DNA of 64,000 bases, taken from Trichodelitschia bisporula. Its lineage: Eukaryota. Position 1 is the first letter of the stretch; every line of letters begins with the position of its first letter. This document shows positions 1 through 10,522 of the stretch, piece by piece. Below the pieces are notes generated by a model. It did not search any database and was not told where the DNA came from. It was given only the letters and a program-made list of their open reading frames with translations. The position numbers and the translations under genes are program-made. The stretch is taken from positions 310,001-374,000 of the forward strand of contig ML996704.1 in NCBI GenBank assembly GCA_010356995.1, written 5' to 3'.

Positions 1-629
1 GTGGCCAAACGGACATTGTTTCAAGGCGAGGAGGCTCTCATAAACAATATGCTGGTTGCAGAAGAAAGCCAGGCCATCAAGGCTGTAGAGATTGGTTTGT
101 GCGTGAGAGCATCTTGTAATGGTATCTAACGACCACAGGCAACCACGAGCTTCCATACTACTCGAAGCTCCTGCTTTGCGCAGCTTATCTCGCCTCGTAC
201 AATTCACCTCGTCAGGATCAAATATATTTCGTGAAAAGCAGCGACAAGAAGCGGAAACGGCGCGGAGGTGCTCAGGCGGGGACCAAACCGACCAAGCATC
301 GAAAGGTTTGGTTTCCGAAGCTATTCAGGTGTCTAAGCCTTAACGTTGCATAGATCCCAAGGAGCATGCTGGCGCCGTCGCCATTTCCTCTTGACCGTTT
401 GCTTGCGATTCTTCACGCCTTAACCCCACACCCTCTTCCGCAAACTTCAGACCTTCTCACACAGCTAACAACGTTGGTGTCCTTGCGACTCATCCTTCGC
501 GCTGGTACTTCCGGCTCCGATGTCTTGGATGGCACCACCAAGTGGAGGATCAATTGCAGTTCGGATTATGTGGTTGCTCTCGGCCGCGCTGTGGGGGTTG
601 AGATGAGGGACTACCTTGCCGACAACTAG
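1..629 (+). CDS. ORC5: Origin recognition complex subunit 5, C-terminal part (gene begins before the window)
   Basis: Spliced reading (introns 95-138 and ~306-353) gives HELPYYSKLLLCAAYLASYNSPRQD...KHRKIPR..LAPSPFPLDRLLAILHA...LVSLRLI...KWRINC, matching the Orc5 C-terminal domain; stop TAG at 627-629. Confidence 0.9.
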
Positions 630-1622
630 AAATTCGTTAACTCTTGACCCAAACTGTTGACCTTACCTTCCCCGTACGGTTCGGTAGCGGATGTCGCCTA
701 CACTGAGAGTGTCTGTAGGTTGAATGCCTTCGAAGCCGAGAACCACACCATTGTGGGCCGATCTTATCACTTGGAGATCTTCGCTTTTACGCTGGTCATC
801 ATCCAAAACTTCAGCGACGCCTACGGATGGAGACCTCCTAAGATGTGGAAATAACTATTTGGTCGCAGCCGGGAAACAGTGTTGGGTACACTCTCTCACA
901 TGCCGCCATGCTCAAACTACGGTATCCATGCATCGTGACAGATCCCGGGGACTCTTGACGCCAAACCTCAATGCAGGGGCAGCTATGGTCGCGCACTTTG
1001 AGCTTGCGCAATTCGGGCTTTCCAACAGCCCGTCTATAGGTTCTCGATGAGGTACCGCCAGTCCCCGGCCCTGGATTAGGTTTTCGCCGTCGCAGATTAA
1101 CAATGTTGTCTACCTCGGCCTTTACTCTCCACATTTCTGGACTGCCACACGCTTAGCGTTTGGTATATTGTTCCACCAAATGCGCGTCGACCTGCAAACG
1201 CTGGCTTTTTTTTTGGAACGGTGCCAAAGTGCGAAGGGCTTGATCTCGCAGCGCTAACATAATTTTTGGGCACTGCGGCCATTTAGGTCTGCACCCGCTT
1301 CATCACTTCATCGGCTAGTTCTTGCTCACTCCCCCCGGGGGCTGCTGGGTCCGTCATGTCGTCTCCCCGGGGAGCTTGTCAACATGAACCGGGAAATTGG
1401 CCATGGTACCGAGCCTGTACGTGGCTTAATTCCTTGCAATATCAGTGGGCAAACTCGCTCCTCATATATCATGGCTTGGCTCCCTGATGTCCGTGCCATC
1501 AACCCCCACAGTGATCGTGATGTCCCGACTCTCGTGCCCATCGCAATGATCGTTTCTGAATCATTCGTCACTCGTTGAACTGCATCGACGCCCTCGTTTT
1601 GTTGCAGCTGTCTGTCGCTACA

Positions 1623-2781
1623 ATGCAGCTTGCTTTGCTCATAGGCGCTGCCTGCGCAGTTGGCGCAGCTGCCGCTGAAACTTCGAAACACCATCTGTTT
1701 GTGGGGACCTACGGCACACCAGCCATCTACGGCATTGAATTTGACAGTAACGCCAACACGCTGACGGTCGCTGGCAACAACACTACGAGGAAGGAGAACG
1801 AATGGCTCGCTCTCTCATACGATAGCAAGACTATCTACAGTTCAGGGTCGTCCGGATGGTCCTCCTTCCCGATTACGTCGCCCACTACACTCGGGAAGGA
1901 AGCTAGCACCACGCCAATTGGCAGCTGCTCGTCGTGGGGCGGAGTGTTCATCTTAGCTTCTCGACGATCTCCTTACACATTGTATGGGTCGTTATCTTGC
2001 GGAAACTGGGTGGCGGTGGAGAAGGAGGGTGAAGTTGGAAAGGCAACGGCAATCCCGTACAACGAAGCTGCTATCATTTACGGAATGGCCACGGATCCCA
2101 CTTACAACTACATGTACTCCACCGATTGGAAGGGTGGCAAAATATGGACGCACAAGATCAATGCCGACGGTTCTCTGACCGCTATCGGCTCCGTGGATGC
2201 TCCGTCCGGAGTGTCCGCGCCTCGGTCTATAGCCGTGCATCCCAGCGGCAAAGCCATCTACGTCGTGCTCGAGGCGTGGAATGCGCTGGCACTCTACTTC
2301 GTCAACGAGACCACGCACCTTCCAGTGTACACTAACGGCCTATACCCGTTGGTTCCTACTGGTAAGTGAGAATACATGAGTTCGCACACCGCATGCTTAC
2401 AACCGTTAAGAAACAAACGCTGGAAACTATGGCGCGCAAAGCGTCGTTATATCAACTAAGGGCACGATGCTCTGGGCATCTTCGCGTAGTCGCGTAGCCG
2501 GTACACCCGGCTACCTCAGCGGTTACAGTCTGAGCGAGTCCGGCATCCCGATCAGGGCCTTGTTCCAGGTACCCACAGCAACAAGCGGAGGAAAGTCCAA
2601 CAACGTGGCTGCATGTCCATTCTCAGAGAACATGGTTGCTCTCACTGAATCCGAGCGTGGTTCAGTTTCGATTTGGAAGTACAATGGGATTGATGCGCAG
2701 CAGGTGGCGTCGGTGAATATTTCAGACTCGGCTGCTGTCCCTAACAAGGGGTGTTGTTCGGAAGCTGTGTGGTTAGACTGA
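1623..2781 (+). CDS. Secreted carboxy-cis,cis-muconate cyclase / lactonase-family 7-bladed beta-propeller
   Basis: Signal peptide MQLALLIGAACAVGAAAA; HHLFVGT, PRSIAVHPSGKAIYVVLE, LWASSR, TSGGKSNNVAACPF and C-terminal AVWLD; one intron 2362-2410. Confidence 0.8.
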
Positions 2782-3080
2782 GGGGCGACCAGCATATTTG
2801 TAGATGATCGCTGCCGGAAGTAATGAAGATTGTACAAAAGAAATGACAGACATATGCATGTCGTGGGTGTGTTGCAAACTACCAAAAGCCTTGCAGGTCG
2901 GCATGCCGCAGCTTGGAAAAGCGGCTGACCCGATTGGCGGGGACTTCGGGGAGCGATCTCGGAGCAACGGCGCCATCGCCCTACCAGAGAGGAAAATTAA
3001 AACCTGGGGAAAGACGTTGAAGCAACCAACTGCTCCAGCATCTTGGAGGTGAATTCATTAACGTCACTCCTCCACCAGCC

Positions 3081-5588
3081 ATGTCGATGCTGAGAGGAGC
3101 GAAGAGGGTCCTGGCACTGCGTCCGGCGGCTGCTTCGGTAGGCGCGTCCATCACAGTTAAAGCCTGCAACTGACAGCTGCAGCTGCGATTGCACAACGCC
3201 ACTCATCTTGTGCGCTCCCCGCTCTACAACTCGAGGCTTTTATGTACGAACCGTAGGCTCTGGCAAGAGGTGTCAGCCTTTCACTCGCAGCTCGAAGACC
3301 CTCTATCCTCCTCGTTCCTCGCTGCCACGCTTCGCCCGTCTCCCGTTCCGCAAACCTTGACGGAGAAGATCGTGCAGCGCTTCTCCCTAGACCTGCCCCA
3401 AGGCAAATATGTGACTTCGGGAGACTATGTCACTTTGGCCCCTCATCGGTGCATGACACACGACAACTCGTGGCCAGTTGCCACGAAGTTTATGTCAATC
3501 GGCGCTACCAAGATACACGATCCCAACCAGATCGTCATGACCCTCGACCATGACGTTCAAAATAAGAGTGAGAAAAATATGCAAAAGTACCGCCAGATCG
3601 AGGAGTTTGCCAGGAGTCAGGGAGTTGACTTCTACCCGGCGGGAAGGGGCATTGGCCATCAGATCATGGTTGAGGAGGGTTATGCCTGGCCCGGAACACT
3701 GGCAGTTGCCTCGGATAGCCACACCAACATGTATGGTGGTGTGGGATGCCTTGGAACACCCGTTGTGCGGACGGACGCTGCGAGCATTTGGGCAACCGGC
3801 AAAACATGGTGGCAGATTCCGCCCGTTGCCAACGTCAATTTCACGGGCACTCTGCCCAAAGGCGTAACAGGCAAGGATGTGATTGTTGCTCTGTGTGGTT
3901 TGTTCAAGAACGACGATGTCCTGAACCACGCCATTGAATTCACCGGATCCGAAGAGACCATGAGGAGCTTGCCGGTGGACGACCGGCTGACAATCGCAAA
4001 CATGACTACCGAGTGGGGCGCCCTTACCGGTCTATTTCCCATCGATTCCGTGCTCCAAGGCTGGCTTCGTGCGAAGGCGACGGAATACGCCATCTACCAA
4101 GAATCTGATCCTGCGCTGGCTAAGACAGCCTCCCGATTCAATCACCAGCGTCTTGACGAGCTCATCGAGAACCCCATTTCAGCTGACAAGGATGCCAAAT
4201 ACGCGAAGTACCTCACACTGAATCTTTCAAGCCTCTCTCCATACGTTTCGGGGCCTAATTCGGTCAAGGTAGCAACTCCTCTTCACGAATTGGAAGCCCA
4301 GTCCATCCCGATTAACAAGGCGTACCTCGTCTCATGCACGAACAGCCGGCGCTCGGATATCGCAGCTGCCGCCAAAGTCTTCAAAGACGCCGCTGTCGAG
4401 AACAATGGTACCATTCCCAAAATCCCGTCTCATGTCAACTTCTACATTGCAGCTGCCTCTCTACCTGAACAACATGCGGCTGAGGAGCAGGGTGACTGGC
4501 AAGCGCTTCTAGAAGCTGGTGCTCAGCCTCTCCCATCTGGCTGCGGACCTTGCATTGGTCTAGGCACAGGACTCCTTGAACCTGGAGAAGTCGGTATCAG
4601 TGCTAGCAATCGCAATTTTAAGGGGCGTATGGGGTCCACGGATGCGAAGGCCTATCTGGCGAGCCCTGAGGTTGTCGCTGCCAGTGCTCTGAGCGGCAAG
4701 ATCTCTGGTCCCGGCTGGTACGAGAAGCCAGCTAGTTGGGAGGGTGTGGAGCTCAGCGATGTCGAACCCGTGGAGGAGCGCAGCATAGATGATGCACTCG
4801 CGAACATCATCGGCAGGCTTGATGATCTTATTGAAGCTGGCCAGAAGGCTGGTTTGGATACCGAATCTCTGAGGCCGGCGGCTTCTTCATCAGCGTCCGA
4901 GACCGAGCGGCTCACGGAAGTGCTCCCTGGCTTCCCAGAGAAGGTTTCAGGCGAAATCGTCTTCTGCGATGCGGATAACATCAACACCGACGGCATCTAC
5001 CCCGGGAAGTACACCTATCAAGATGATGTCACAAAGGAAAAGATGGCCGAGGTTGTCATGTCAAACTACGACACATCCTTCGCATCTATTGCGCGCCAAG
5101 GCGACATCTTGGTGTCGGGATTCAACTTTGGTTGCGGGAGCAGCAGAGAACAAGCGGCGACGGCCATTCTGGCTAAGGGTATACCCCTCGTCATTGCGGG
5201 CAGCTTCGGAAATATCTTCTCCCGAAACAGCATCAATAACGCCCTCATGGGCGTCGAAGTGCCCAAGCTGGTCAGCCGTCTCCGTGAAGTCTTCTCGGCC
5301 TTGTCTAGCAACGAAGGCCAGCAGAGCGTGAAGGAACCAGAAGAAAATAAGGAGAGCCTAGACTCGCCACCGCCGGCAGCAACACAGCCAAAGGAGAAGC
5401 TCTTGACCAGGAGGACTGGGTGGACGCTCGAGTGGGATGTTCGCAGGAGCCTTGTAACTATCCAGGAGGGAGAGAGCGGTGACAAGTGGAGCCAAAAGGT
5501 TGGTGAACTCCCGCCCAATGTACAAGAGATCATTGCCCGGGGAGGACTGGAAAACTGGGTGAAGGGCGAAATCTCGAAGCGTGTTTGA
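3081..5588 (+). CDS. LYS4: Homoaconitase, mitochondrial (alpha-aminoadipate lysine pathway)
   Basis: [29 protein letters not shown], 4Fe-4S ligands SCTNSR and [33 protein letters not shown]; Arg-rich presequence from ATG 3081 with a short intron starting at 3138. Confidence 0.96.
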
Positions 5589-5714
5589 TGGAACTGTGAA
5601 TAGTACTCGGGTTTACGGTGGCACTGGAGTGTCGGTTGGGAAAATTCGGCGCGGTATTCAATGGTTGAAAATTCGTATACTTCAAAGCGTATCATCGTCA
5701 GGGCTCCGATATTC

Positions 5715-6900
5715 TCATCCTGAAGCAACTCCTGTGGTGTTGCTTTCGCCGTCGCGGCGTAACCAAGAACTCGCAGCTTTTCTCCAGCACAGAACGGATC
5801 TACCATGGCCAGTGCCTAGCACTCTTATTCTGCCGATATATTTCGTATCGTCATGAGAGAATAATTCATCTCTCCAGATCTCAACTCCCTCCCAGTCATA
5901 TCTCAAGGCCATAGCGGCTACTCTTTCAGCTTGGTCCAAGTCGGCGACTTCCAGGAGTACCACCTTCCCTCCTACTTGGTCCGCGATTTCGAGTATGCGG
6001 GGATAGAACACATCACCATGATCCGCATCCGCTAAGCCATTGGCTGCCATAGGAACCAGAGCAAGCTTAGGTTCAAAATTGCGCACGGAGCGGGAGGTAT
6101 CTCTGTTGAAACCGTTTGGTGAAATGTAAGGTGGGTTAGAAAGTATGACATCCCATTCAAGTTGGCCTAGAGCTTCAAGCCGACCGATCAAGGACGGTAC
6201 GGACGTCTGTTGGCTCTCCTCCGGAGGAAATAGATCAGCTTGTATGTAGCGGAGGTTTTGTAGCGAGCTAATGGCTAGGGATGGTGCATTATCGGTGGTT
6301 GAGGGATTCTCAAAACCGGCTTGATCAAGAAGAGCTCTCCGGTTCTCTTCTGCGAGTTGCACAGCTTCTGGCGCAATATCTACACCTACTATTTGTAGAG
6401 CTTTGACAGGAGTGCGCTGCTTAGGGAACAGATGGGCGAAGAGCAGCGAAATGCATCCAGTTCCAGTGCATAGGTCAAGCACTCGGAGGCGCGGAGGAAG
6501 GTTGAAAGCGGCCGGATTGAACTGGTTGACAAAGTGAGTTACTGCAGTTGCCGTCTCTGACCTATGCGGTTGAATCAGCACTTTGTGGGAATGTGCGCTT
6601 TGCGACGGCTCCATACCGCGGAATTAAGACTCCTGGTTTACACTTGATCTCAAGATCTCCGAAAAATTCGCTTCCTAGCAGGTACTGAAGCGGATAGCCG
6701 CGAGACCTAGCGGCACAAAGCCTGAACAAGAGGGGCCGCCAGTTCCCGCGCGTGTGTACGCAATGTTGGACAGCATAATCTCGAAGCCATTTCAACTCAA
6801 GGGCAGCAGACGTCGGGTCCCGACAGGTTCGTAGAACTAACGCCAACAGGGGATTGCGCTGCGATGCTTGGGCGACCAAGCGTGAAGGAAGGCGTGGCAT
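5715..6900 (-). CDS. MTQ1: Mitochondrial release-factor N5-glutamine methyltransferase (HemK/PrmC family)
   Basis: GYPLQYLLGSEFFG...PGVLIPR|SET, LDLCTGTGCISL (SAM motif I), SNPPYIS, FEPKLALVP; intron ~6562-6616. Confidence 0.9.
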
Positions 6901-7325
6901 GGAGACGATCCGTTTGGATCGTTGCTTCGCACTTTTCGATCACCACCGTTTCCGCAGTCAATGGAGCATGCGGAAAAAAGAGTCGATGGTCCGCACAAGC
7001 CGCTTCCTCGCTGTAGACCGTCAGGTGCCGACGACAATATCGCCACAACGAACGATATATGGATGCCTAAACTCGGTCTGTAGGCACAATTGGATGTTGG
7101 GACTAGGCCTAACAAGCTTGTTAAGGTCCTTCGTGTTGCTGCGAGCTGATATCTAATTTATTCTTAAGTCCAAAATATGGGCAACTTTTATCCCCACCGT
7201 GGTTGGGAGCCTGCGGAGATAAAATCATCCGCGGCCGGCGTTTGCCCCCAGGCTACGCTTCATGAGAGCGCTTCCTTTCACTTCAGCTTTTTCTTTGTAC
7301 ATTTTGCCTAATCGCCTTCCCAGCC

Positions 7326-8607
7326 ATGTTTTCCGCCGTCAGATCCTCCCCGAAGGCTGTTCTATATGTTCCAGAGAAATTGCATCACAAGATCTTTCCT
7401 TCCAGTCTCAGAAGGATTACCGACTCGGCACCTCCATTCGAATCCTCACAAAGTCGAAGACAAAGGCGCTTCAACTTTGTCGATACATGTTTGCCTCCAA
7501 CTTGTCCATGTCGAGAAACTCCAGATGATCCGAGAGTTGGCCAGGCCAGTGCCAATTCGTCGATTGTTGCGTATCACTCTTATGCCATCATGTGCTCAGG
7601 AAAGCAGGACTGGGCCCCCAAGATAAGCCTGGATGAAAGCGATCCCTTCGCTAGATACATGACAAACGCATTCTCATCTCGTGGACCTTTTCACAATGTG
7701 CGTGACAATTATTAGCTTGGCCCCCTGTACAGTCCTAATTTTTCTCCAAACCTCCAAGTGCTTCTCATCATGAGCATTCTCGGGCGCAAGGACCTGAAGG
7801 CCTGAACGTGTACCTTGAACTTGGTTTGTTCTGAATGCATGCTGACGTACGAGATAGCCTATGCTCAAGCATTCGATTATCAATTCAAGCTTCCAGTCAA
7901 CACCGAGTGAGGATGGTGCAACTTCTGTCTATCTTTTCCCGGAATTTCGATATGTCAACGTCCCTCTGCAGCCAGAATCCATCGCTCGCTTTATCAAGGG
8001 CTTCATGCTTTCCAAAAAGATACCATCCGGTGTTACGGACTTGAGCCCGCAAGTTGCTAGCGAGCTGAGAAGGAAACCCCTCCTAACGAGAGAATTCGCC
8101 TGGTCGAATGTGAACTCTCTCACGATACTCATTTGCGGACATCCGAGCAGAAAGAAGCTGTGCAGTGTGCTAGGACCACTACTGGAACAGGAGTTTGAGG
8201 AGAAGCTCCAGACAGCGGGATTCGAACTTTCCCAGGATCCGCCTGACGTGGAGTTCCATAAGAGCCTAGAAGAACCTTTCGATACAACGAGTGACTGGCG
8301 ACAGAAACAGAAATTCGCCCGAATTGGCATGACAAGTCATGTTGGTGGGTGCAATCGGGCGGGTAACGTCATCATATGGATTCCGCCTTCGTTCAGTGGG
8401 CATCCCCTAGCTGGTACCGGCGTATGGTATGGCAATGTTGAACCGCGACATGTAGAGGGCATTGTCAACCAGACTATCATCGGGGGTGATGTGATAAAAG
8501 AGCTCTTCCGGGGAAGTGCCTCGCAGCATGGGCCGAAACCGTATCTCCCTCGAGAAGCCGCTAGCTTAGAAGGGCTCGATGTGCTCCCTCCACAGTCGAT
8601 CATATAG
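7326..8607 (+). CDS. Aim32/Apd1-like thioredoxin-like [2Fe-2S] ferredoxin (sucrase/ferredoxin-like family)
   Basis: Exon 1 7326-7697 (TCPC, CSGKQDWAPKI), intron 7698-7857, exon 2 with ILICGHPSRKKLC (C-x8-C), SHVGGCNRAGNVII and GVWYGNVEPRHVEGIV; basic N-terminus resembles a mitochondrial presequence. Confidence 0.85.
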
Positions 8608-8922
8608 TCGATTGGAAAATGTAACATAGAAGCGCTACTCCTCTAATACACAAAATATACGAATAGTTAACATTTGAACAGCCTGCGCGGGTGAGTATTT
8701 GAGTATTTGATTTTTTGAACCGGCCCCCCTCGGACCATGATCGGACTTACCATTTTGCGGCTCCGGGCACAACAGACGTTCAGGTTGAACTTCGCCGCAC
8801 CTCCACATTTCTGAGTATTCGTCTATAATATCTTCCCTTTGTACCGGGCCTCGTAGAGTCTCCTCATTGACACTCTTTAACCGACTTTCACATCATAACG
8901 AACTCGCCATCTCCATTCCCTC

Positions 8923-9963
8923 ATGCCTGCCCTACCCAAAACCTTCCCCCGCCCAAACGCCCGCCTGGTCGCAGTCTTGGGTGGCAGCGCAGTAGGTGCA
9001 TATGCCTACCGTCGATACTACGAACCCCAAGGACATCCTGCTCTAAACCGGTCCACGTTCTCACCTTACACACTAGTTGCGAAGCAACCCGTATCCTCGA
9101 GCAGTGCCATCTTCACCTTGCGAAAACCCAACGCTACGACAGATGCCTCCGCCACCGACGAAGCTTGGGATAAAGGTGTGTGGAGTGTGCAGGTGAAACA
9201 GCCTCAACTGCAGATCGCGCGGTCATATACACCTCTTCCAGCGGTCGGGGAGGGGGGGGCCGAGGTGGACAAGCAGGACGTGCAGCTTTTCATACGCAAG
9301 GAGGTCGGGGGTGAAGTGTCCAACTACCTGCATAAGCTCCCTCTGAAAAGCACTGTTGAACTACGTGGCCCATTCGCTGAGCTTGAAATCCCGCCAGCAG
9401 TGCGCGAAGTCTTGTTTCTGGCAGGCGGGACGGGTATCGCGCCGGCTATACAGGTCGCACATGTGCTTACCCAGAGAGGCGGCGCAAAAATGCGTATTCT
9501 GTGGGCGACCCGTAAAAGAGATGAATGCGCGGGTGGAGAGAGTGACCACACGGTCTCTGATCCGCCGTCCGGGATGATGTCCGGTTGGAAGAGCTTCTTT
9601 GCTGGCAAGTCGAACGACCTCGAGCCCAGAGGTCCTGATATCAACATAAAAAGGGGTGCCGTTGTGAGGATGTTGGAGGACCTGAAATCTGAAGCCGGGG
9701 AAGGGAACCTAAACGTCGATTTCTATGTCGATGAGGAGCACACTTTCATCAAACCCGCAGATGTTCTAAAGCACATACAAGGTGCCAACAGTCGTGGCCA
9801 ATCGAGTCCGAGTGACAGGATGGTCCTCGTATCAGGGCCAGATGGTTTCATTGAGTATTGGGTGGGCAAGAAAACATGGAAGGACGGAAGGGAAGCCCAA
9901 GGAAGTCTTGGTGGTGTTTTAAGCCAGTGGGACTTGAGAGGGTGGAAGGTTTGTAAGCTGTAA
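8923..9963 (+). CDS. CYC2: CYC2-like FAD-dependent oxidoreductase (cytochrome c maturation, cytochrome b5 reductase fold)
   Basis: WSVQVKQPQLQIARSYTPLP, GEVSNYLH, LRGP, LAGGTGIAP, VSGPDGF, GSLGGVL; N-terminal hydrophobic anchor; intronless. Confidence 0.82.
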   Translation: MPALPKTFPRPNARLVAVLGGSAVGAYAYRRYYEPQGHPALNRSTFSPYTLVAKQPVSSSSAIFTLRKPNATTDASATDEAWDKGVWSVQVKQPQLQIARSYTPLPAVGEGGAEVDKQDVQLFIRKEVGGEVSNYLHKLPLKSTVELRGPFAELEIPPAVREVLFLAGGTGIAPAIQVAHVLTQRGGAKMRILWATRKRDECAGGESDHTVSDPPSGMMSGWKSFFAGKSNDLEPRGPDINIKRGAVVRMLEDLKSEAGEGNLNVDFYVDEEHTFIKPADVLKHIQGANSRGQSSPSDRMVLVSGPDGFIEYWVGKKTWKDGREAQGSLGGVLSQWDLRGWKVCKL

Positions 9964-10522
9964 GAGCGCGGATCTCAACAGCGCGGCGTCGGTTAGAAGA
10001 CACCATGTCACTTGACAGACTCAGCTTCACTCTATACCCATGTGCATAATAAGTTCATTGAAGTCTGTTGCACTTATAAGTTGGCGAGGCATTTGATCGC
10101 TTGATATCTACGCCGTCATATCTTCCGCATTAGTTCTAGAAGCATGGAGAAATAGGCTAGAGGATACACTTGACGATGAAAGGAGCAACACAAAAGGACA
10201 TAGCTACATTCTGCACAGCAAACTTCCCTTTGCAACGGATAAGATTGTAAACATGGTGCGCAAGGGAACTCGGGTCATCCAACTTGCCCGACCGGCTTGG
10301 CCGAGCATAAACGGAGAACATAAGGCGTTCAGCTGGTGATGGAGAAAATTGGAGAATGAAGTTCGAGTTGAAGGTAGATTTCGAGCGTGCCAAAGGGGTT
10401 GAAACGAAATCCAAGGGTGAAGGCAAAAATATCCGTGCCGATGGGGAAGTTAGGCCCTGCAGAGCCACGGAAGGGACCCTCTCGGACTTCGTATGTTGAC
10501 AGCTTACGTGGTAGTATCCAGC

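Noticed and set aside
7698..7857. Unusually long (160 nt) intron in the Aim32-like gene as a snoRNA host or twin intron
   Set aside because: No C/D or H/ACA boxes recognised; the internal donor candidate would leave an implausibly short intron.
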